A stretch of 64,000 nt of DNA from positions 1,724-65,723 of the forward strand of contig CAYTLW010000029.1 of assembly GCA_964438735.1 (NCBI GenBank), written 5' to 3'. The notes under the pieces are model-generated. The model did no database searches, was not told the DNA's origin, and saw nothing but the letters and a program-made list of their open reading frames with translations. A program made the position numbers and the translations under genes. This document shows positions 50,688 to 60,081 of this stretch, one piece after another. Position 1 is the stretch's first letter. Each line of letters starts with the position of its first letter. This stretch comes from an uncultured Enterobacteriaceae bacterium. GTDB lineage: Bacteria > Myxococcota_A > UBA9042.

Positions 50688-52001
50688 ATGGAAATCCGAG
50701 ATCCCATCCACGGTCCGATCCCCATCGCTCCCGGCGAAGAGTCGGTGATCGACACACCGTGGTTCCAACGCCTGCGGCGGATCAAGCAGCTGGGCTTCGC
50801 CGAGCTGGCCTTTCCGGGCGCCACCCACAACCGCTACCTGCACTCGATCGGGGTCATGCACCTGGCCGGCCAGGCCTTCGACGCCGTGTTCCGTGGCGCT
50901 GACTGGCTGCCCGACGGCGAGCGCGCCCGGCTGCGCCAGCTGCTGCGGCTGGCGGCTCTATGCCACGACATCGGCCACGCGCCGCTGTCGCACACCTCCG
51001 AATCGCTCTTTCCGTCCATCTCGGCCCTGGCCGTGCCCCTGCTGGCCGGCGCCGACTCGCCGAAACAGGCGCGCCACGAGCACTACACGCTGAAGCTGTT
51101 GCTGGACTCGGATCTGGCCGACGTGATCAAGGACGGCTTCGCCGATCTCGGCGTGCGGCCAGAGCACGTGGCAGCGCTGCTGCATCCCGAGGTGCAATGT
51201 GACCGGGCGGCGTTTGTGATCAACGGCCGCGATGTGCAGGGCGTGCTGTCGGCCCTGGTCTCGGGCGAGATCGACGTCGATCGCATGGACTACCTGCTGC
51301 GCGACTCCCACTACACCGGGGTCAGCTACGGCAAGTTCGACTACGACTGGCTGCTCAGCCACCTGACGCATCACGTGGCCGACGATGGCGGCGTCTACCT
51401 GGCCATCGAAGACCGCGCCATCTACACCTTCGACGACTTCCTGCTGTCGCGCTATCACATGTTCCTGATGGTCTATCACCACAGCAAGGTGGTCTGCTAC
51501 GACCACATGCTGCGGCGCTTCTACGAGGAGCTGCCGACGGGTTTTCAGATCCCGGCCGATCCGGACGACTTCCTGGCCTGGGATGATGGCGCCATCTACA
51601 GCGCCTTGTGGCGCAACCGCGAGTCGGTATGGGGACGCGGCATCCTGGCCGGGCGGCCACTGAAGGTGATCGCCGAGCGGGGCCCGCACGCCCGCGTCGA
51701 TCCCATCGACGGCCTGGAGGAACGGCTGAAGGCGACCGGGCTGGACTACCTGCGCGTGACCAGCGAAGGCGCCCTGTCCAAGTACCGCGGCAAGAGCGAT
51801 CCGGGCCGAGCGATCTGGGTACGCATCAAGCCGCGCGTCGGATCATCGCGTTTCATCCCGCTGAGCGAGGCAACGCGCCTGTTCCAACGCTATCATGACG
51901 CGGCGGTGCTCGAGCGCCTCTACGTTCATCGACAAGATCGGGCCCAGGTGGCCCGTTGGATTGAAGAGCTTCGCGGCGAGGAAAACCCGGGAGATGACTG
52001 A
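50688..52001 (+). CDS. HD-domain metal-dependent phosphohydrolase (dNTP triphosphohydrolase-like)
   Basis: Internal ATG MEIRDPIHGPI. HD motif LCHDIGHAPLSH. RYLHSIGV. The tabulated ORF 49332.. is an upstream extension over the previous gene. Confidence 0.75.
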   Translation: MEIRDPIHGPIPIAPGEESVIDTPWFQRLRRIKQLGFAELAFPGATHNRYLHSIGVMHLAGQAFDAVFRGADWLPDGERARLRQLLRLAALCHDIGHAPLSHTSESLFPSISALAVPLLAGADSPKQARHEHYTLKLLLDSDLADVIKDGFADLGVRPEHVAALLHPEVQCDRAAFVINGRDVQGVLSALVSGEIDVDRMDYLLRDSHYTGVSYGKFDYDWLLSHLTHHVADDGGVYLAIEDRAIYTFDDFLLSRYHMFLMVYHHSKVVCYDHMLRRFYEELPTGFQIPADPDDFLAWDDGAIYSALWRNRESVWGRGILAGRPLKVIAERGPHARVDPIDGLEERLKATGLDYLRVTSEGALSKYRGKSDPGRAIWVRIKPRVGSSRFIPLSEATRLFQRYHDAAVLERLYVHRQDRAQVARWIEELRGEENPGDD

Positions 52002-53571
52002 GATGGTGCATTGGCAATCGGCCACGATGGCGCATGCCGGCAGACTCGACCGGGTCTGGCTGGCGGCCCTGTGGCTGGCAATGATGGCCGCAGCGACGGC
52101 GACGGCCCAGCCGGCGCCCCCTGTGCCCGCCGGCGCCGGTCCCTCCCAGGTTCGACCCGCAGGTGGCGACGGTTCCGAGGAGCTGGACGAGCTCGACGGC
52201 CTCTATGTCATCGTCGAGGCGACCCAGCGACCGCTGGATGGCGTGCTGGTCATGCCGCCGACCTGCGGCCCCCTCAAGCGCATCTGCAAGACCGTACGCG
52301 CTGTGATCCACAATGACATGCACCTGTCCGGTGTCGTCCGCGCCCTGGAGCTGCCCGCAGCCAAGGTCAAGGCCATCAAGAAGTACGCACCGCCGCAGTT
52401 CGAGATCAACCGCAAGGTGGCGCGCGCCAACGAGGTGGTCTACGCCGTCGGCACCTGGCTGCGGCGCGCCCGGCAGCACCCCGGCATGGTCGAACTGCAC
52501 GTCGCGGTCCTGGACGCACGCAGCGGCAAGCTGCTCAACCTGGGCCGCCACGCGGTGCAACGCGGCCCGGCCTCCCGCATCCGCGTCCTGGCCCACCGGG
52601 CATCCAACGCCATCTTCGGCGCCTTCACCGGCGTCATGGGCTCGTTCGACGGCCAGTTCTTCTACAGCGCGCCGGCGCCCGGCTGCGCCCGCTGCATCTG
52701 GGTGGCCGACGTGGATGGCTACAACGCCCGCATCCTCATCGGCGACGACAGCATCCACATGCTGCCCCGGCAGACCAAGGACCTGGGCATGACCTATGTC
52801 TCCTTCCGCACCGGGCTGCCCTCAGTGTTCCGGCTGACCGGCGCGCAGGTGAACCTGCTGGCCCGCGCCGCGCCCAACATCACCACGCCGCCGCCGATCC
52901 TGCGCGCCCTGAAGAAGAAGAAGGGCGCCGGACCGGTACCGGCCAAGGTCAAACACGTGCCCTTCGCCACGAGCAACGATCTGCAGTTCCGCACGGCTGC
53001 TCAGAGTGTCACCGGGCGGATCGCCGCGACCATCAACGATGGCGACCAGGCCGACATCTGGCTGCTGGACAAGGCCGGCCGGCCGGTGCTCAACCTGACC
53101 CGCGACGAGGCCGACGACCTGGGCCCCACCTGGTCACCAGACGGCTCCATGCTCGCCTTTGTCTCCGATCGCAGCGGCAGCCCGCAAGTCTACGTGGTCG
53201 GCGTGGATGGCTCGGGCCTGCAGCGCCTGACCTTCGCTGGTCGCTACAATACGGGGCCCGACTGGGGCCCCAGCGGCAAGATCGTCTATTCGGGCCTGCG
53301 CGGCGCCGCCGTGGACATCCTGACCGTCGACATGAGCAAGCAGATGCAGCGCTTGACGCCGGGCAAGGGGCGCCGCTCCCTGGAGCCCTCCTGGTCCACC
53401 TGCGGCCGGCGCGTACTCTACGTCTCGGATGAAGATGGCAAGAAGCCGCGCCTGTGGATCGCCAGCCACGACGGCGCCGTTCGCCACCCACTTGCCATCC
53501 CGGTGGGGCGATATTACACACCGGCCTGGCGCCGCAAGCCCGGCCAACGCCCCCAACCATTCGTGCCCTGA
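51994..53571 (+). CDS. TolB-like periplasmic beta-propeller protein (PD40 repeats)
   Basis: Signal-like RVWLAALWLAMMAAATATA. C-terminal PD40 repeats (WSPDGSMLAFVSDRSG, GPDWGPSGKIVYS, LEPSWSTCGRRVLYVSDEDG). ATGA overlap with the HD gene. Confidence 0.65.
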   Translation: MTEMVHWQSATMAHAGRLDRVWLAALWLAMMAAATATAQPAPPVPAGAGPSQVRPAGGDGSEELDELDGLYVIVEATQRPLDGVLVMPPTCGPLKRICKTVRAVIHNDMHLSGVVRALELPAAKVKAIKKYAPPQFEINRKVARANEVVYAVGTWLRRARQHPGMVELHVAVLDARSGKLLNLGRHAVQRGPASRIRVLAHRASNAIFGAFTGVMGSFDGQFFYSAPAPGCARCIWVADVDGYNARILIGDDSIHMLPRQTKDLGMTYVSFRTGLPSVFRLTGAQVNLLARAAPNITTPPPILRALKKKKGAGPVPAKVKHVPFATSNDLQFRTAAQSVTGRIAATINDGDQADIWLLDKAGRPVLNLTRDEADDLGPTWSPDGSMLAFVSDRSGSPQVYVVGVDGSGLQRLTFAGRYNTGPDWGPSGKIVYSGLRGAAVDILTVDMSKQMQRLTPGKGRRSLEPSWSTCGRRVLYVSDEDGKKPRLWIASHDGAVRHPLAIPVGRYYTPAWRRKPGQRPQPFVP

Positions 53572-53673
53572 TCGGTCCCCTTACCCAAGCCGGCGCCGGC
53601 GGCTCATTGGACCGCCGGATGGACGCCCCCCTTCCCTTGCCCTAGACTCACTGCCGACGCACGGACGCGCGCG

Positions 53674-56442
53674 ATGAAGACCTGTCCCATCTGCCGCCGG
53701 ACCTACAGCGAGGAGAAGCAATTCTGCCCCGACGATGGCAGTCCACTCGTCGCGCAGAGCGGTGCCGCCGATCCACGGGGCACGCTGCCATCTCCGCTGC
53801 AGTCCGACCGGCCCGCCCATGAGCAGACAGTGGTGGGACCTCCGCCGCTGCCGCCCAAGTCATCGGACAGCGGGCCGGCGTCGACCGATCGCCAGGACAC
53901 CCTGCTGTACTCCTCCGTCGGCGCCATGGAGCAGGGCCAGGCTCCCGGCGGCCAGGACCGGGTGCAAGCGCCGGACCTGGACAAGCTCTTTCCGCCCCGC
54001 AAGACGCCCGACGATAGCAGCCCGATCATCCCGCGCACCGACAAGGCCATGGCGGCGGCACAGATGGGTGTCAGTTCATCGGAGGACGAGGCCGCAACCC
54101 GCCTTACCTCGGTCGAGGACGTGGGCGATGACTCCGATGAAGTCGGCAGCGCCTACCTGGGCAAGCTGGTCGACGATCGTTACCTGGTGAAGACGCTTAT
54201 CGGCCGCGGCGGCATGGGCGCGGTGTACCGGGTCGAGCAGGTTCACCTGCGCAAGGAAATGGCCATCAAGCTGCTGCACGAGAACCTGGTCTCGCGCAAA
54301 CAGCTGGTCAGTCGCTTCACCCGCGAGGCGCGCGCCATCTCCCGCCTGTCCAGCGCCCATACGGTGATGGTCTACGACTTCGGCCGCTGGGGCGAGGTCT
54401 TCTATCTGGTCATGGAGCTGCTCGAGGGCGAGGCCCTGGACGCCCTGCTCAACCGGGAAGGGCCGCTGCATGCCGACCGCACCACCGCGATCATCCTGCA
54501 GATGTGCGACTCGCTGGCCGAGGCCCATCGGCACGGCATCGTGCACCGCGATCTGAAGCCAGAGAACGTGATGCTGCTGTCCAACGGGCCGCATCCGGAC
54601 TTCGTCAAAATCCTCGATTTCGGCCTCGCCAAGGTCAAGGATGTGGACGACCCGTATACGATCCACTCGCAGAAGGACATCTTCGGCACGCCGCACTACA
54701 TGAGCCCGGAGCAGATCCGCGCCGCCGAGGTGGACAATCGCTCGGACATCTACGCCGTCGGCGCGCTGATCTTCCGCATGCTCACCGGCGAGCAGGTCTT
54801 CGGCCAGGAGCGCAACACCTTCGACATCCTCAAGGCGCACCTGATGGAGGCGCCGCCGCGCATGAAGGATGTGGCGCCCGACGCGGACATCCCCGAGGCC
54901 CTGGAACACATCGTCGCCAAGGCGATTGAGAAGAAGCCCGAGAAGCGCTTCGATTCCATGGAAGCCATGGCAGAGGCCCTGGTCGCGGCGCGCAAGTCGG
55001 ACTTCACCGACGCCGGCTTCAAGGTCTCGCTGCCCTCAGGCGGTCGCGGACAGCACCTGGAGGTGGACGAGGACGACCTGGCGGTCATCGCCGCGCTGGA
55101 CAAGGTCAGCAAAGAGGCCGTGCGACTGGTCGAAGATGATGAGGCCCTGGGCGCCCACGCCCGGCGGGGCCGGATCCGAGGCGGGCTCGCCTTTGCCGGG
55201 GTCTGCCTGGCCTTCCTGGTGGCTGCGGGCGCGGTCATCTGGGGCGTCTCGGGCACCTCCATCGGCCAGGAAGCGGAACCCAACGACACGCCGAGCCAGG
55301 CCAACCTGCTCGACAGCGACGGCCAGACCCAGGGCGCCATCGGACAACGGCGCTCGAAATTCGCCGGCGATCGCGACTGCTTCCGCCTGCCCGACATCCC
55401 CGACGGCGCCGACCTGGGCGTCGAGGTCCAGGGCGTGCCCAACATGGACCTGGCGGTCTCGCTGCACAACGAGGACGGCACGGCGCTGATGTCACTGTCC
55501 CATCGCGGACCCGGTGACGGCGAAAAACTCCGCCACCTGGCCACCGGCGGCGCACCGGCGGTGGTCTGCGTGAGCGAGCAAGCCGTGCCCGGCCAGGTGG
55601 CCGGCGAGAGCCTGTCGGATATCTACCGCCTCGGCGTGACCGTGCGTCAGCGTCAGGGCGTCATCGAGCAGGAGCCCAACGACGGCGACGCCCGCGACGC
55701 CTTGCCCCAGGCCAATGGCCTGCGCGGCACCCTGGACGGGCCGCTTGATCGCGACCTCTTCACGCTCAACGACAACTTCGAGCATCGAATCATCCGGGTG
55801 CATATCAGCAGCGCCAACGAGTACGCCCTGGAGGGGGTGCGCGTGGCCTTGCTGGACCTGTCGGATCGACCGCTGACGACCCGCCTGCTGGCCGCCCGCC
55901 AGCCCAGCGGTGAGCTGGCCTTCGGCGTCTCGCCGAGACAGATCCCCGGCCGATTGGTGATCCACCTGACCGAAGCCGCCCGACGGGCCTGGAAGCGCAA
56001 CGGCGCCCGGTCGGTGCCGTACAAGCTGTGGTACGCGCTCGAAGATCTGGGCGACCAGGGCGTGCCCGAGCCCAACAATACGCCCGAGACGGCCCGCGAC
56101 ATGGTGCTCGGCGCCTGGCATGTGGGCGACGCCACCGATGCCGCAGGTGTGGACTGGCTGCGTATCGACGCCGGTGACGCCAATATGAAGCGCATCAAGC
56201 TGGAGGCCAACGCGCCCAAGGGCAGCGCCTACCGGCTGACGGTGCGCGACCGCTCGTCCAACGTAGATCTACGCCAGGTTGAGGTCAGGGAGTCGCGCGA
56301 CAACAAGGTCGTGCGCGTCGACGGCAGCGGCGCCGGCTTCCTCGTCCGCGTCGAGCGCATCAAGACGCGGCGCGGCCACGAGCCGCCGCCGTCGTCCTAC
56401 CAGCTGCGTGCCCGGTGGACCTTCCCTGACGCGACGCGTTGA
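53674..56442 (+). CDS. Transmembrane Ser/Thr protein kinase with N-terminal zinc ribbon and three extracytoplasmic pre-peptidase C-terminal (PPC)-like domains
   Basis: MKTCPICRRTYSEEKQFCPDDGSPL. Kinase motifs HRDLKPENVML, DFGLAK, SPEQ. TM helix GLAFAGVCLAFLVAAGAVIWGV. Three EPND/EPNN-initiated beta domains. Confidence 0.85.
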   Translation: MKTCPICRRTYSEEKQFCPDDGSPLVAQSGAADPRGTLPSPLQSDRPAHEQTVVGPPPLPPKSSDSGPASTDRQDTLLYSSVGAMEQGQAPGGQDRVQAPDLDKLFPPRKTPDDSSPIIPRTDKAMAAAQMGVSSSEDEAATRLTSVEDVGDDSDEVGSAYLGKLVDDRYLVKTLIGRGGMGAVYRVEQVHLRKEMAIKLLHENLVSRKQLVSRFTREARAISRLSSAHTVMVYDFGRWGEVFYLVMELLEGEALDALLNREGPLHADRTTAIILQMCDSLAEAHRHGIVHRDLKPENVMLLSNGPHPDFVKILDFGLAKVKDVDDPYTIHSQKDIFGTPHYMSPEQIRAAEVDNRSDIYAVGALIFRMLTGEQVFGQERNTFDILKAHLMEAPPRMKDVAPDADIPEALEHIVAKAIEKKPEKRFDSMEAMAEALVAARKSDFTDAGFKVSLPSGGRGQHLEVDEDDLAVIAALDKVSKEAVRLVEDDEALGAHARRGRIRGGLAFAGVCLAFLVAAGAVIWGVSGTSIGQEAEPNDTPSQANLLDSDGQTQGAIGQRRSKFAGDRDCFRLPDIPDGADLGVEVQGVPNMDLAVSLHNEDGTALMSLSHRGPGDGEKLRHLATGGAPAVVCVSEQAVPGQVAGESLSDIYRLGVTVRQRQGVIEQEPNDGDARDALPQANGLRGTLDGPLDRDLFTLNDNFEHRIIRVHISSANEYALEGVRVALLDLSDRPLTTRLLAARQPSGELAFGVSPRQIPGRLVIHLTEAARRAWKRNGARSVPYKLWYALEDLGDQGVPEPNNTPETARDMVLGAWHVGDATDAAGVDWLRIDAGDANMKRIKLEANAPKGSAYRLTVRDRSSNVDLRQVEVRESRDNKVVRVDGSGAGFLVRVERIKTRRGHEPPPSSYQLRARWTFPDATR

Positions 56443-56451
56443 GGGGTGCTT

Positions 56452-57186
56452 TCAGACGCCGACCGTCAACCGGCGGGCGAACTTCTCGTCCAGCCCGGCT
56501 TCGCGGATCTTGCGCGACGCCGAGGCGATGTCGTAGCTGACCCGCACATGGGCCATGGCCTTGGTCTCGGTGTCGAAGAGCACGAAGCAGGCGTCGGGGT
56601 TGCGATCCCGCGGCTGGCCGACCGAGCCCACGTTGACCAGGTACTTGCAGCTCTTGTCGTACTCGTAGCGACCGGTGACGTCTTTGACCTTCTTGCCGCT
56701 GTAGGCATAGGCCGTGGTCAGGTGGCTGTGGCCGATGAAGTTGTGGCCGTAGAGACCGGCCTTCATGCGGGTCAGGGCCTCCGCTTCTTCGGTGCGCACC
56801 ACGTAGTAGAAGCCGCTCGGCAGGATCGGCGCGGCGTGATAGAGCGCCGTATCGGCCTCGTCTCGCAGGTGACAATAGGGCAGCGAGTAGAGCCAGCGGA
56901 AGTTGTCGTGGCTGAGCTCGCGGCGTGACCAGAACAGGGCCCGGCGGGCGGCCTCGTAGTAGTAGTCGGTGTCCATCACGCCGGCCACAGCCGCGTCATG
57001 GTTGCCCATCAGCGTGATGCTGCAGCGCTCGCGAACCAGGTCGCAGCACTCGTTGGGGTTGCCGCCATAGCCGACCACATCGCCCAGGCAGACGATCTCG
57101 TCGACGCCCACCTCATCGCACTTCTCCAGCACCGCGGTGAGCGCTTGGATGTTGGCGTGGATGTCGCTGATGATCGCCAGTCGCAT
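56452..57186 (-). CDS. Calcineurin-like metallophosphoesterase (PPP/ApaH-like), convergent with the kinase gene
   Basis: MRLAIISDIHAN, GDVVGYG, GNHD, and downstream GH/H motifs. Confidence 0.8.
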   Translation of the reverse strand: MRLAIISDIHANIQALTAVLEKCDEVGVDEIVCLGDVVGYGGNPNECCDLVRERCSITLMGNHDAAVAGVMDTDYYYEAARRALFWSRRELSHDNFRWLYSLPYCHLRDEADTALYHAAPILPSGFYYVVRTEEAEALTRMKAGLYGHNFIGHSHLTTAYAYSGKKVKDVTGRYEYDKSCKYLVNVGSVGQPRDRNPDACFVLFDTETKAMAHVRVSYDIASASRKIREAGLDEKFARRLTVGV

Positions 57187-57378
57187 GGGTGTACTCCCGT
57201 AGCGGATGCCGGGGCCGCAGACGGAGGCTACCAGAGCGGCCCGGAGCCGCAAACACCAGCCCCCGGGCGTGCCCAGGACCATGGAGACTTCGGGGTCGAC
57301 GCGCCTGTCTGGCGCGTTGACGCCCTGCGACGGCCCATGCCACCCTGCGCCGCATCCAATGGCTCCAAGGAGTGTCAG

Positions 57379-58317
57379 ATGGCAGATTTCGAGGCGACCG
57401 GCAGGCTGGCGAGTTGGGACGGGACGGTGCCGGATCTACGCGACTGGTCCGATGACGAGGTGATCGACGGACTGCGCCAGCTCGGCATCGAGATCGACCG
57501 CGCTGCCTTCACCGCCGCGGCCCTGGAAGCGCCCATGCAGTCGGCCATCGAGGACGACTGGCTGCAGCGCTCGGGCACCCACGACGAGGGCCTGCGGGTC
57601 TTCCTCTGGCTGGCGGTGCAGGATCTCTGGGAGCGCTGGCAGATCGAGGCCTGGCCGCGCGATCGGCTGGCCCGCATGTTCGCTTACCTGATCGACGCCG
57701 AGTACGCCGTCGAGTGGGCTGATCGCTGTCACGCCCCCACCGCCGAGGCGGTGATGGACGCCCTGGAGACCTGGCTGCTGGCGCCCGATCGCGGCAAGGC
57801 TGCGCTGGATGAGCTGGTGGAGATGCTGGGTATGCCGGCCGCTGCCTGGCCGTCCAAGTTCCTCGACGCCATGGCGGAGTGGAGCGAGGTCGGCCGCATC
57901 GCACTGGCCACCCGCGGCGGCGGCCTCATGGCGAAGCTGCTCGGCCAGGGGGATGCACACTCCTTCATGGCCGCGGCGCTGGTCTCGGCGCGCATGTACG
58001 ATCGCGCCAAAGCTGCGGCGATGCAGGTGGGCGACGACGTCAAGCCAGGCATGGGCTTCGACGAGATGATCGGCTACCTCTGCATGGCCGGCGGCGACGC
58101 CGTGAGCGCCAGGCGCTGGCTCGGCCGGGCCGACGCCGAATCGAAGATCAAGCGCAGCGAGATGACCTACGCCGCCGAGGCGGTGCGTGAGTTCCTCAGC
58201 GCCCATGAGGGTGGCGAGGTGCCGGAAAACATGCGCAAGGCGGCGTTGCAGGGTGCCAGCCAGGCGGCCTACCTGGCCTTCATGGCCTTCGCCTCGCACC
58301 CGGGCGCCCACGAGTAG
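57379..58317 (+). CDS. Hypothetical all-helical protein
   Basis: ATG MADFEATGRL with RBS aaggag 7 bp upstream. Coding bias. The 3' end overlaps convergent tcdA by 38 bp. Confidence 0.5.
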   Translation: MADFEATGRLASWDGTVPDLRDWSDDEVIDGLRQLGIEIDRAAFTAAALEAPMQSAIEDDWLQRSGTHDEGLRVFLWLAVQDLWERWQIEAWPRDRLARMFAYLIDAEYAVEWADRCHAPTAEAVMDALETWLLAPDRGKAALDELVEMLGMPAAAWPSKFLDAMAEWSEVGRIALATRGGGLMAKLLGQGDAHSFMAAALVSARMYDRAKAAAMQVGDDVKPGMGFDEMIGYLCMAGGDAVSARRWLGRADAESKIKRSEMTYAAEAVREFLSAHEGGEVPENMRKAALQGASQAAYLAFMAFASHPGAHE

Positions 58318-59242
58318 GGCCGGGGGCCTGCCCGGCCTCGTCCAAGGTCGGCGCCAGGTCGTCGCCGGCGATGGCGCGCACCACCAGGCTGGCTGCGGCC
58401 AGGCCAAAAGTCGCAGTGACGAAGATCGCCGAGCCCTCGATCAGGTTGCGCTGATCGCAGGAGTGCAGGCCGTTGTCGCCATGAGGACAGATGCACTGGA
58501 AGCCGTAGGCGTCATCCCAGTTGGGCGGCAGGGGCTTGCGCCGCGACTCGGTGGAGAAGACCACCTGCACGCCCGACAGGGTCTCCTGGCGCGGATCGTG
58601 GCGGGGCCAGTCGTACTCCTTGCGCAGGCGCTTGCGCAGGACGCGCGCCAGCGGGTCGGTGTGGGTCTGGTAGAGGTCGGCCACGCGCACGGCCGTCGGA
58701 TCGAGCTTGCCGGCGGCGCCCATGGAGGAGATCAGCGGGATGCCGGCCCCCCGGCAGCGATCCATCAGGTGCATCTTGGCGGCCACGTTGTCGATGGCGT
58801 CGATGACCCAGGTGGGGCGATCGTCCAACGGCAGCAGCCGATCGGCGGCGGCGGCGTTGTAGAACGCCTCCACCGGCCGCACCTCGCAGCGGCCGTTGAT
58901 GTCGCGCACCCGCTCGGCGAGCAGGCCGGCCTTGGAGCCGCCCACGGTGGTGGCCAGGGCCTGGATCTGGCGGTTGACGTTGGTGGCGCAGACGCGGTCG
59001 AAGTCCACCAGGGTCAAGGTGCCGACGCCGCTGCGGGCCAGGGCCTCGGCCGCATAGCCGCCCACGCCGCCCAGACCAAAGACGATGACATGGGCCGCTT
59101 CGAGGCGGTCGAATCCAGGCACCGAGACCAGGCGAATCAGCCGGTCGAAGCGGCGCTGACTGGGTCGGCTTTTGGCCACCTTCGGCGCCGATTCCGGCGG
59201 TGCGCCCTCGGCCACGGCGGCCGCTTGTCTGGACTCGGTCAT
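58280..59242 (-). CDS. tcdA: tRNA threonylcarbamoyladenosine dehydratase (ThiF/MoeB E1-like; TcdA/CsdL)
   Basis: Rossmann GLGGVGG...LVDFD. C-terminal CICPHG...HSC cysteine motif typical of TcdA. Confidence 0.75.
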   Translation of the reverse strand: MTESRQAAAVAEGAPPESAPKVAKSRPSQRRFDRLIRLVSVPGFDRLEAAHVIVFGLGGVGGYAAEALARSGVGTLTLVDFDRVCATNVNRQIQALATTVGGSKAGLLAERVRDINGRCEVRPVEAFYNAAAADRLLPLDDRPTWVIDAIDNVAAKMHLMDRCRGAGIPLISSMGAAGKLDPTAVRVADLYQTHTDPLARVLRKRLRKEYDWPRHDPRQETLSGVQVVFSTESRRKPLPPNWDDAYGFQCICPHGDNGLHSCDQRNLIEGSAIFVTATFGLAAASLVVRAIAGDDLAPTLDEAGQAPGPTRGRPGARRRP

Positions 59243-60045
59243 GGCTGCCCTTCCCTCCCGCGCGGGTCGACACCGTAGATCGTCATGGCGTTGGCGACCA
59301 GTCGGGCAGCCAGCCGCCCTTCATCCTCCCGCCGCCAGCGGGCCAGCGCCGCGATCAGGCTGCGCATGGCACGCAGCTCGTTGGCGTAGCCGGTGCCGCC
59401 CCCGGCCCAGTCCGTCTCCACCAGCAGGCGGTCGGCAGAGATGGCCTTGGCCACGGCCGCCGCCTTGTCCGGGTTGCGCCGCAGGTGGGCCGAAGACAGG
59501 GACAGGTACAGGCCCATGGCCTCGAAGTCGGGGACCATCTCGGCGCTGCCGCCATACCGATGCAGGATGCCCAGACGCGCGCGGTTGTAGGGCGCCAGGA
59601 TCTCGCTCGCCCGCGCCGGCGCCCCCACCACGTGCAGGATCACTGGCAGTTGCATCTCCGCTGCCAGATCGAGCCCGCGCCGCAACCAGTGCTCCTGGAC
59701 CTGCATGGGCAGGCGGTCGCGCACGCCGCGATCGAGACCGAATTCGCCCAATGCCACCGGGGGCCGATCCCGCGCCGAGTGGACCATGGCCTGCCAGGCC
59801 GCCTCGAGGCCTTCGGCATCATCTGCATGGTCGGCCAGCCACCAGGGATGCACGCCGATGGCGCGCCAGATGCCGCGGTGGTGGTCGCAGATCTCGGCCG
59901 AGCGGGCGATCTCATCGGGGCCATAGCCGGCGATGACAGCGCCCTGCAGGCCCGCCAGCCGGGCGCCGCGCAGCTCTTCGGCGAGCCGATCGCCGGCCAA
60001 CGCGCGGGCGTCCAGGTGCACATGACTGTCAAAAAGCGAATACAC
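59239..60045 (-). CDS. tatD: TatD-family metal-dependent hydrolase/deoxyribonuclease
   Basis: MYSLFDSHVHLD...GVHPW...ETDWA are the TIM-barrel TatD motifs. Stop overlaps the tcdA start. Confidence 0.8.
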   Translation of the reverse strand: MYSLFDSHVHLDARALAGDRLAEELRGARLAGLQGAVIAGYGPDEIARSAEICDHHRGIWRAIGVHPWWLADHADDAEGLEAAWQAMVHSARDRPPVALGEFGLDRGVRDRLPMQVQEHWLRRGLDLAAEMQLPVILHVVGAPARASEILAPYNRARLGILHRYGGSAEMVPDFEAMGLYLSLSSAHLRRNPDKAAAVAKAISADRLLVETDWAGGGTGYANELRAMRSLIAALARWRREDEGRLAARLVANAMTIYGVDPRGREGQP

Positions 60046-60081
60046 GGGCCACCCACCCCGGCCGGTTCGACGATCGGACGG

